DNA of 63,502 nt, counting the filler, from Clostridiaceae bacterium (lineage in GTDB: Bacteria; Bacillota; Clostridia; CAYPLH01; DUMO01): the NCBI GenBank assembly GCA_012839865.1. It is 4 parts of 4 records of this genome, joined end to end, with 100 filler letters (N's around TTAATTAATTAA, not from the genome) between each part and the next. Parts side by side here need not be neighbours in the genome. Positions count along the whole stretch, not along the records: positions 35,961 to 55,343 come from DUMO01000052.1; positions 55,444 to 63,502 come from DUMO01000071.1; 2 more parts are not named here. The stretch is one strand, 5' to 3'. The notes beneath the pieces are model-generated. The model ran no database searches. It had not been told where the DNA came from and saw only the letters and a program-made list of their open reading frames with translations. A program made the position numbers and the translations under genes. Every line of letters starts with the position of its first letter. The stretch's first letter is position 1. Shown piece after piece: positions 47,461 to 55,857 of the stretch.

Positions 47461-49275
47461 TCACCTAATCCTTATAAATATATCTGCATCCATACCTGTT
47501 ACAGATATGCCCTGTTCCCCTCCTGCAACCGTTCCATGCATATTGCCATAGGATACTAAAATATCAATTGCCTCTTCATGAATTGTATAAACCATGTCTT
47601 CATTTTCTATGTTGTACCGGTCGTTGCCATACTTTTCAATCAAGCTGTTTATATGTTCTTTCAAGTCAACCTTGCAAATTTGAACCCCGTCCCTTAATAC
47701 AATAATGAACAGGTCTTTGTCAATAGTTACTCCTATCCTGCCTTTGGCACCCGAAAGTTCACTATTGAAATAATTGGCTTCCACGTTATCTTTATATGCC
47801 TGCACCTTAAGCATAAAATCATATCCGGATATCGGCAAAGGTTCATAATTAGCTCTTCCAAAACTGAAAAATCTATGGATATCCACTTGTTCAAACTCGG
47901 AGAAACCAAATACATCCTGCATGTCATTCATAGTAAAGCCTGAAGGGAGGTATTTTAAGTCGGAAAGCTGGTGAGACCTCTCAAAGTACGTAAGTATGCC
48001 CGCTATTTCCTTTTTGTCTTCTTTATCGGTAATGATGCCGCTTCTTACCTTCCCATCCTCAATCATGTCATACTTCGAAACTATATTGTAAAAACGCTGG
48101 TTCTGGCTTGCTATTGAAACGCTGAAAGCGCTTAAGGGGCCAAAAACAGCTATTATGGCTACTATTGCAAGGCTCACCGGAAGTACGATATTTTTCCTGG
48201 TCCCGACCAGATTCAAATAAATCATAATACCTGTGCTCCATAACCCAATAATCAGTATGAAGTACCTGTTTTCGGTAAACCCGAAATCGCCGATTCTTAT
48301 TCCGATTGAAATAAACATCATTATAAGAAGCGGAAATATCAGCTTAGTGAACGCTGAAATAAACACCTCCACCCAACGGCTCTGTGAGCGGAAGGGCGAG
48401 ACAAGAAAAATCGCAGCTATCCCTATGGCCGTATATGATACAACCAGATAGGAGACTATACCCGTAGGCCATGCCCATGTAATTATAATTTTAGCAAAGT
48501 AGATATATAAAACTGCAGTGTATACGGACATTATAGGCAAAACTATATACATCAGCAATATTTTCAATATCTTGTTGTATTCGTCCTCTGCAAAGGTTTC
48601 ATCAACACGGGGCAGGCGGGACAGAAAATAAAAGGGGGCAAAGATTGTAGCTACCAAAATCCATGTGTGCATGTAGAGATCTTCATCCAACCCCGTAAAG
48701 AGCAAAGATTTTATGGCAAAGATGATAGCCATTATTCCCAATCCCAATACCACCGAGAAAAACCCTGTGACAACGACCCTTGAAATTATCCTTGTGATAT
48801 ATACCTCAAAATTCCCTTTACGGGGGAGGTAAGGTATGAACAAAAATCCAAGCAGCAGAGCACCGGTTAAAAGCATGAGCCTTACCATGGTGACCATGTT
48901 TATGTCAGGCATCAGGAACAGGTAGTATAATACAAGTGCTCCAAGCTCTACAATATAAAACATGAGCCTATATAAAAAGTGCAAATGCCTGCATGTCTTC
49001 TCCAGTGTCATCTCAACACATAAGGACAAAGGGATGCCCATTATGGCAACCGCCATCAGACGGTCAAGCATGGTGTTCAGATTAACCAGCCTTTCATACG
49101 GTGTCTCCACACGGTAAATCATCAGACCTGCCAAAAACACAAACAGCAGTATGGTAACCGGAAACCTATGGGCAGTCCTGTACACTGTTTCCGCACCTCT
49201 TACAACATATCCCGTGAACCTTGACTTATTTTTCGTGCCGACTTCATTGTGAGATTTGTTTTTGAATATACCCAT
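47461..49275 (-). CDS. DUF4153 family integral membrane protein
   Basis: About 11 TM helices, LPIMSVYTAVLYIYFAKI..WAWP, GFTENRYF, GPLSAFSVS..SQ. Confidence 0.85.
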   Translation of the reverse strand: MGIFKNKSHNEVGTKNKSRFTGYVVRGAETVYRTAHRFPVTILLFVFLAGLMIYRVETPYERLVNLNTMLDRLMAVAIMGIPLSLCVEMTLEKTCRHLHFLYRLMFYIVELGALVLYYLFLMPDINMVTMVRLMLLTGALLLGFLFIPYLPRKGNFEVYITRIISRVVVTGFFSVVLGLGIMAIIFAIKSLLFTGLDEDLYMHTWILVATIFAPFYFLSRLPRVDETFAEDEYNKILKILLMYIVLPIMSVYTAVLYIYFAKIIITWAWPTGIVSYLVVSYTAIGIAAIFLVSPFRSQSRWVEVFISAFTKLIFPLLIMMFISIGIRIGDFGFTENRYFILIIGLWSTGIMIYLNLVGTRKNIVLPVSLAIVAIIAVFGPLSAFSVSIASQNQRFYNIVSKYDMIEDGKVRSGIITDKEDKKEIAGILTYFERSHQLSDLKYLPSGFTMNDMQDVFGFSEFEQVDIHRFFSFGRANYEPLPISGYDFMLKVQAYKDNVEANYFNSELSGAKGRIGVTIDKDLFIIVLRDGVQICKVDLKEHINSLIEKYGNDRYNIENEDMVYTIHEEAIDILVSYGNMHGTVAGGEQGISVTGMDADIFIRIR

Positions 49276-49608
49276 AATTAAAACCTTCACTTTCCCGGAA
49301 ATGGACGTATTTGATTCAATCTTATTATATGAAAAATTTTTTATTCATTCGGTTAAAACCATTATATATTTTTTTATTACATACTTCAATCATATTAATT
49401 ACAGATGTATGTATATGTATCTGTTTATAGGCATTATTTCATAAAACCTATTTCCCCGTCAGCTATTTACAGCAATACCCCGGGAAGGTATCCAGGATTT
49501 TTTGCAAGCTTTATTTAAATTTTATTTCCATATCAAAACACTCATATTTTTCGCTATGAAAAATATTTTATAAATGATTATTAACCTTTATCGGGGGGAT
49601 AGCCCAAA

Positions 49609-50889
49609 ATGAAAGTTGCAATATTAACCATGTTTTTGAGGCTTGATACCACATATTCGCTGGTGAACATTGTGGCGGAGCAGTTGAAAATGCTCCTTGA
49701 TGCCGGGATATCAACCAAACTTCTGGTTTGCGAGCAGTTTGACGAGAACAGCAAGTACGGAATTTACCTGGACAACCGCATAGAATGGGAAAAGGTTGTC
49801 AACACATATAACGGCAGGCAAATACGATGGTATGACTATAGCCAGCCAAAGGGGAAAGTCCATGAAAGTTTTTTCCAGGAAGCAGAAATAATATCTGAAG
49901 ACCTTGTGAAAAAGCTCTCCGGTGTGGATGTCTGCATAATGCATGATATTCTTTATCAGGGCTGGCACTTGCTCCACAATGTAGCAATAAGAAAAGCACA
50001 GGAAAAGCTTGAGAATATCAGGTTCGTTTCTTTTTCCCATTCTGTGCCTGTCAACCGGCCAAAAAACCCAAAATGGCCCTTCTCCGCAAGATACACCCCA
50101 ATGCCGGATACAATTTATGTTGCCCTGACATATTCAGCCATAAATGCACTAGCAAAACAATATGACGTACCCGAAGGAAGGTGCCGTGTGGTATATAACA
50201 GCCTGGACCTTTTGGCTGATTTAAGTGAAGATGTTAAAACTATTTCCCGGGAAATTGATATTTTATCTCCCGACATTCTCACCGTCTATGCAGGAAGGCT
50301 GACTCCCGGAAAGAAATTTGACAAGGTGGCAGCTTTTGCAGGTGCTATTAAGAGAAAGACAGAAAAAACTGTCAAAGTCGTCTTCTGTGATTTTCCCTGC
50401 ATGGATGTGGATGCAAATACTTACAAAACCTCCGTCAGGCTCACTGGAAAGCACTTTGGGCTTGACGGGGAAGACATGGTTTTTACAACCGATCTGGGAT
50501 ATCCGAACGGATTCCCAAGAAAAGGTGTCCTGGACCTTTTCACCTTGTCCAATCTATATGTTTCACCATCCTATTCCGAGTCATTCTCCCTTACATTGTT
50601 GGAAGCTGCAAGCAGGGGCAATTTCCTGGTACTGAACCAGGCAGTGCCGGCCCTTGAGGAGATCGGCAAACAGCTTAATGCATACTTTATGCGCTGGGAT
50701 GCAAGAAATTACGGCTACGACACCAAGGAAAAGTACTACCCATCCGAGCAGGCATACTATGAGGAGCATGGGGAAATAGTAGTCAATTTGATGAGGGAAA
50801 ACCCGGTAATTCGCGCCAAAACCCTCGTCAGACAGCGTTATTCGCCCCAATGGGTATGGAAAAACCAGTTGGAACCATTGTTATCATAG
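49609..50889 (+). CDS. GT-B fold glycosyltransferase (GT4-like)
   Basis: AGRLTPGKKFD, PSYSESFSLTLLEAA. Confidence 0.85.
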   Translation: MKVAILTMFLRLDTTYSLVNIVAEQLKMLLDAGISTKLLVCEQFDENSKYGIYLDNRIEWEKVVNTYNGRQIRWYDYSQPKGKVHESFFQEAEIISEDLVKKLSGVDVCIMHDILYQGWHLLHNVAIRKAQEKLENIRFVSFSHSVPVNRPKNPKWPFSARYTPMPDTIYVALTYSAINALAKQYDVPEGRCRVVYNSLDLLADLSEDVKTISREIDILSPDILTVYAGRLTPGKKFDKVAAFAGAIKRKTEKTVKVVFCDFPCMDVDANTYKTSVRLTGKHFGLDGEDMVFTTDLGYPNGFPRKGVLDLFTLSNLYVSPSYSESFSLTLLEAASRGNFLVLNQAVPALEEIGKQLNAYFMRWDARNYGYDTKEKYYPSEQAYYEEHGEIVVNLMRENPVIRAKTLVRQRYSPQWVWKNQLEPLLS

Positions 50890-51013
50890 AAGAGACAGTT
50901 TATCAATGTCGTACACATATACAATTTCCGGTTACAGAGTATCTTCCAACCGGGATAAAAATCCCTTTCTCCTTGCTATATCCCCGGCTATAGACCTAAT
51001 TGAGCCAATAGAC

Positions 51014-51042
51014 TTGAATTTCAACGGATTATTGTATATAAT
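51014..51042 (+). promoter_or_regulatory. Sigma-A promoter of the GNAT-Rnk gene
   Basis: TTGAAT-N17-TATAAT. Confidence 0.7.
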
Positions 51043-51159
51043 AGATGCAACAATATAAAGATTGTGTAAACTTCCTTATATTGTTGCAAAGAACCGTCAT
51101 AGTATATTAAATCTATGAAAGGCTTTAAATTTCTTACGACAGGATGGATGTAGTAAAAA

Positions 51160-52086
51160 ATGAAAGAGCCTTTTGTTTTTTTATGTTCAGAAATAACAAG
51201 AGATAATGCATTTACATTAATCAAATGGCTGAAAGACAAAGAAGTGACACAATACTTAAGCGATCCCCAGGATGTTTCAAACAGTATCGAGCGGGTGGTT
51301 TACAACACAAACCTTCCTGTTTTGACACATCTGTTTAATCGTAACGGTAGGTTTTATATGGTCTATAACAAGCACAACATGCCAATTGGATTTGTGAGGC
51401 TTGTGAAAAAGGGCAGCGACTATGAAATCGTTATTGTAATCGGAGACCGGAACAATTGGGGAAAAAAATTAGGTACGTCGGCTATCAGGGAGAGCATAAA
51501 AATTGCTTTCTTTGATTTCAGGGCACAAAAAGTTATTGCAAAAATACAAAAAGAAAATAAAAGATCAATCCGGGCATTTATTAATAACGGTTTTAAGGTT
51601 GAAAAGGAAAGCGATAATTTCAAAACCTTTTCAATAACGATGGATCAATATTTAATGTCAATAAAAGGGAAAACCGTTATGGCCACCAGAATTTATATAA
51701 CTGAAATTGACCTGGAAAGACTTAAAAGGATTCTGGAATCTGATTTGCATATCGGTAAAGTGCCTGAAGAATGTATCCAGGATCTTGAACATGAAATCAA
51801 CAGAGCAACAATAGTTGATCCAAAACAAATTTCCAGTGATATCATCACTATGAATTCACGGGTACTGCTGCATGTTGATGGTGATGAAATGGAAGTATCA
51901 TTGGTTTACCATCAGGACGCCGACCCAAACAATAACAAACTGTCGGTATTTTCCCCCATAGGCACAGCCATACTTGGATATAGCGAAGGAAGTGTCATTG
52001 AGTGGGAAGTGTCTTCCGGTGTTAAAAAAATTCATATAAAAAAAGTCCTGTATCAACCTGAAGCCGCCGGAGACTTTCACATGTGA
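51160..52086 (+). CDS. GNAT acetyltransferase fused to Rnk (GreA/GreB C-terminal-like) domain
   Basis: N-terminal RimJ/L-type GNAT (WGKKLGT, NKRSIRAF..NGF); C-terminal IYITEIDLERL...ITMNSRV...SPIGTAILG...YQPEAAGDFH. Confidence 0.88.
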   Translation: MKEPFVFLCSEITRDNAFTLIKWLKDKEVTQYLSDPQDVSNSIERVVYNTNLPVLTHLFNRNGRFYMVYNKHNMPIGFVRLVKKGSDYEIVIVIGDRNNWGKKLGTSAIRESIKIAFFDFRAQKVIAKIQKENKRSIRAFINNGFKVEKESDNFKTFSITMDQYLMSIKGKTVMATRIYITEIDLERLKRILESDLHIGKVPEECIQDLEHEINRATIVDPKQISSDIITMNSRVLLHVDGDEMEVSLVYHQDADPNNNKLSVFSPIGTAILGYSEGSVIEWEVSSGVKKIHIKKVLYQPEAAGDFHM

Positions 52087-52228
52087 AATTCTCACCTCAA
52101 TTGAGGAGAGATTCATTCACGATTTTTGAAAATATAAATTTAGCAGTTTTTTGGAGCACAACTACCAAGAGCTTGCCGTAGCCTGGCAAGCAAATTGATG
52201 CAGTTTTGGACCAGGATATTGATGAAAT

Positions 52229-52282
52229 AAAAGCCCAAAAGCTGGCCGATATGCAGGCCTGCTTTTGAGCTTGTTTATTTTT
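52229..52282 (-). terminator. Intrinsic terminator between convergent genes
   Basis: AGCCCAAAAGCTGGCC...GGCCTGCTTTTGAGCT hairpin with flanking A/T runs. Confidence 0.6.
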
Positions 52283-52330
52283 TTCAGCTTATGCTTGAAC
52301 TGGCCTTTACCTATATACCTAACCAATTCC

Positions 52331-54658
52331 TTACCTACCCTGTCCCAATTCCTGCGACCGTACAATTGCCGTGGCCACTTCCACTCCACCCAGATAAAAG
52401 CGGCCCTGCCCGAAGGCAATCGCTTCGTAATTGTTGGAGCTGCCATCCATGGAAGTTTGTCTCGTCCAGGTAGTGCCATTGTTTGAAGATACGAATACTC
52501 CATCAAGAAGTGTGCCTACAGGCGTAAAGGTCACAAAAAGACCAGCTCCGAAAGCAACTCTTCTGAGAATTGAGGCAGGTGTGGACAGCGGTGTCCATGT
52601 CACGCCATCAGTGGATCTTAATACAGTTGTCACCCCTACTATGATAAATGTTCCGTTGCCGAATGCGACACCCAAATGGTTAAATTGAGCCACAAGACTC
52701 CGATTGGTCCAGGTGATGGCGTCCGGAGAAGTGAATATGGTTCCGGCATTGCCCACCAATACATAAATGCCGTTGCCAAATGCCACATCATGCAGGTGGG
52801 CATTAGTGTCTATTTCTCTTTGGGTCCAGTTAATACCGTCCGGTGACGTGATAACTGTACCTTCATTCCCTACAGCTATATAAAGACCGTTCAGGAAAAC
52901 AACCCCGTTGAGTGAGATAGTAACCGGAGATGTCCGTACAGTCCATGAAACACCATCATCGGAAGTAATAATTGTCCCGAAATTACCAACCGCCACAAAC
53001 CGGTTGTTCCCAAAGGTTACAGCATTCAGTCCAATAACAAAGGGCACATTTTCAACAACTCTTCTCACCCAGGTAATCCCGTCTGCAGAGGTTAGAATAC
53101 TGTCTGTTGTATTTACCGTTACAATTATATCATCACTTATTGCAATGCCTGCAACTCCGGCGCTGGCCGTGCGTGGAACCCAGTCGATGCCGTTGCCCGT
53201 TGTAATAACAATCCCATTAAACCCTGTTGCTATGCAGGTGTCTCCGCTTCCTGTCACCGACAAAAGGGTTCTGTCGGTATTGCCTTCTCTTCGTGTCCAG
53301 GTTATCCCGTCGGGAGATGTCAGGATTAATGACGCATCCGCAGGAGTAGACGGTTCTCCGACAGCTATATAAAGATTGTTGAAGAAAGTTACGTCATATA
53401 AAATTCCATCCAATGGTGTTGTTGCGGTATTCCATGCAATACCGTCTGAAGACCTTAATATAGTCACTGCTCCAAGGCCTCCGGCTCCAACGGCAATGTA
53501 CTGGTTGCTTGCAAAAGTAACAGCAAAAAGCGGGCGTTCAGTACCGGTGTTTTGCGCTGTCCAGTTGATTCCGTCAGGAGAAGTCAATACGGTTCCTCCG
53601 TCCCCTACCACCATAAATTGATTATTTACAAATATAACATCGTGAAGCGTAACGGTGGTGCCTGAATTGCGGTCTGTCCAATTTACCAAATCAGGAGATG
53701 TCCGTATTGTTCCCACCGGTCCGACCACTACATAAAGACCGTTTCCAAAAGCTACTCCTTCCAGTGCACTTGTAGTCCCGGAATTCCTCTCTGTCCAGTT
53801 AAAACCGTCAGGAGAGGTGAAAAGAAGCCCGTTTTGCCCTACCAGCACAAACTGGTTGTTGGCAAAAGTCGATGCGAAAAAGTCCAGGTTTAAGTTGCCC
53901 AGCATCTGGTAATCCCAAAGTATTCCATCCTCAGAGGTCCCAACTATACCGTCGCCTCCTGCCATCACATATACCCCGTTGCCAAATGCCGATGTGTCCA
54001 TTCTTACCCCGGAGTTGACAATCTCCCACTCCAGTTGCACACCTGCAGACGTAGTGGTTGTTGTGGTACTGGTGGTGCTGGTGGTCGTGGAGGTTGTGGT
54101 CGTGGTGGTTGTTGTTGTAGTAGTCGTTGTAGTTGTAGTTGTGGTTGTTGTAGTAGTTGATGTAGTAGTTGATGTAGTGGTTGATGTAGTGGTTGATGTA
54201 GTAGTCGTAGTCGTGGTTTTTGGACAAGGTATGGTCTCCCCGAGAATTTCCTTAATAAATTTAATAAGAACTTTCTTCAGCTTTTGCATTTTTTTCTTTT
54301 TCTTCTTATCATGACCGTGATAGCCCGCGCCTCCACTGCCAAATTCATCGTTCTTTTGCCTGTCATTATTATTTTCAGGGACTTCCTCCCCGGTATTGTT
54401 TTCCGTATTTATAAACCTTACAAAATCAGTCTTTTCCCTTCTTTCCCTTTCTTCATCAGTATTGCTCACCACATGATTCTGCCTTCTATTTTTAATCTCA
54501 TGTATAAGACGCCTTCCGAAAATCCACAGACCCTTTTCGCCAATATCGTGTTTTACTATTTTTGTCCTGGTGCTTGTACGATAACTTTTCACGTTGGCAT
54601 TTTGATTATAATTGATATTCCACGGATAAATGTATTTTAAAACATTTGCAAACGTCAT
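52331..54658 (-). CDS. Poly-Thr linker protein with C-terminal BNR/YVTN-like beta-propeller repeats; possible spore surface protein
   Basis: Charged N-terminus with no signal peptide, ~58-aa Thr/Ser tract, about 12 repeats of L..V.FGNG.FVAVG..GTI.TS.DG..WT. Confidence 0.85.
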   Translation of the reverse strand: MTFANVLKYIYPWNINYNQNANVKSYRTSTRTKIVKHDIGEKGLWIFGRRLIHEIKNRRQNHVVSNTDEERERREKTDFVRFINTENNTGEEVPENNNDRQKNDEFGSGGAGYHGHDKKKKKKMQKLKKVLIKFIKEILGETIPCPKTTTTTTTSTTTSTTTSTTTSTTTTTTTTTTTTTTTTTTTTTTSTTTSTTSTTTTTTSAGVQLEWEIVNSGVRMDTSAFGNGVYVMAGGDGIVGTSEDGILWDYQMLGNLNLDFFASTFANNQFVLVGQNGLLFTSPDGFNWTERNSGTTSALEGVAFGNGLYVVVGPVGTIRTSPDLVNWTDRNSGTTVTLHDVIFVNNQFMVVGDGGTVLTSPDGINWTAQNTGTERPLFAVTFASNQYIAVGAGGLGAVTILRSSDGIAWNTATTPLDGILYDVTFFNNLYIAVGEPSTPADASLILTSPDGITWTRREGNTDRTLLSVTGSGDTCIATGFNGIVITTGNGIDWVPRTASAGVAGIAISDDIIVTVNTTDSILTSADGITWVRRVVENVPFVIGLNAVTFGNNRFVAVGNFGTIITSDDGVSWTVRTSPVTISLNGVVFLNGLYIAVGNEGTVITSPDGINWTQREIDTNAHLHDVAFGNGIYVLVGNAGTIFTSPDAITWTNRSLVAQFNHLGVAFGNGTFIIVGVTTVLRSTDGVTWTPLSTPASILRRVAFGAGLFVTFTPVGTLLDGVFVSSNNGTTWTRQTSMDGSSNNYEAIAFGQGRFYLGGVEVATAIVRSQELGQGR
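54048..54216. repeat. Low-complexity tract encoding poly-Thr/Ser
   Basis: GTN-rich tract including 12-bp GTTGATGTAGT(A/G) units. Confidence 0.9.
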
Positions 54659-54705
54659 GGCACGACCCCCTTTTCAGATTTACATCATTAAATTTTTTTC
54701 ACTAA

Positions 54706-54732
54706 TATTTTATGTAAATCCGAAAATAAGGT
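54706..54732 (-). promoter_or_regulatory. Candidate sigma-K-type promoter
   Basis: Minus strand AC-N16-CATAAAATA matches the mother-cell sigma-K consensus; short motif. Confidence 0.4.
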
Positions 54733-55343
54733 TACTGCATAAGGAAAGGCAGTAGAATAGAATACCGGACGTGAATCCGGGGTGCCATCCGGGCAGGCAG
54801 TTTTTTCCTCACCATAAACCAGATACCCCCGGTTTGATTGCTAAAACCAGAATAATGGCATCATAAACCTTAAGCTGAGCGTTCTAATAAATATTTCGAC
54901 ATCGAAACAATTAATTCTTCAAAGGCTTGCTTCTCGCCCTTCTTACATCGATTTATTAACTTTATGTCATCCAACATTTCACCACCCTTGACCAAAACCG
55001 CGCGGCAGTGTTTTTTACTTTTTTCTGTCTCATATTATATAACGAAAAATATTGGGAAAGGTTGGGTTCTTGAAAAGAAATATTTGAAACAAAAAGTTGA
55101 AACAGTGAATCTGCTGCAAAGAAAAAAGCTTGTTGTAAAGATACTCTGCAGAGTTTTTCTTTAAAACAAGCTCAATTTAGGGATAAGAAATGGTTCGTGT
55201 TTTTTATTGGACGGCTTGCACTCTTTCTGTTAATGTTTATATGGTTTGTACAGGGTTATCTTAAGCAATACCTATCACGTATTTCCTCCCGGTTTATATT
55301 AGTTCATGATTAACTCTTTAATTACCACATCATCAAAGATGGC

Positions 55344-55443
55344 NNNNNNNNNNNNNNNNNNNNNNNNNNNNNNNNNNNNNNNNNNNNTTAATTAATTAAN
55401 NNNNNNNNNNNNNNNNNNNNNNNNNNNNNNNNNNNNNNNNNNN
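55344..55443. other. Artificial contig spacer
   Basis: N run with TTAATTAATTAA at 55388-55399. Confidence 0.97.
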
Positions 55444-55473
55444 AAAAAATCCGGAATAAAGGGGAAAAGTGAT

Positions 55474-55848
55474 ATGCCAGGCGTAAATGATGTAAAAATT
55501 GCCGTTGTTGGCAGTATCAACATTGATTACACAGTTTATGTTGAAAAGAGGCCTGTTGCAGGAGAAACGGCTCCCAACGAAACAGTGGCCGATTTTTATA
55601 AAACCGTTCATATGAGTCCCACCTATTTGAGTTCGGAGTTTAAAAAGCAAACAGGAAAGACTCTGTCAAAGTATATTATTGAAGAATTGAAAATTAATAA
55701 AGCAAAAGAGTATCTTGCATTTTCAGATATGAGAATTCAGGACATTTCGGAAGAATTAGGATTTTCCGATTACAGATACTTCTGCACGGTATTCAAGAAT
55801 GAAACCAATTTGTCTCCCCTAAGTTACAGAGCCAATAATCACAGATAA
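55474..55848 (+). pseudogene. In-frame chimera: ribokinase N-terminus fused to an AraC-type HTH
   Basis: KIAVVGSINIDYTVYVEKRPVAGET followed by HMSPTYLSSEFKKQTG...KAKEYL...ISEELGFSDYRYFCTVFK...SP..YR. Confidence 0.75.
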
Positions 55849-55857
55849 GGGTGTTGA

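Noticed and set aside
54740..55343. ncRNA or small gene in the contig 3 terminal intergenic region (ORF 54964-55164)
   Set aside because: Only short hairpins; the ORF lacks an RBS and motifs; the region is truncated by the gap.
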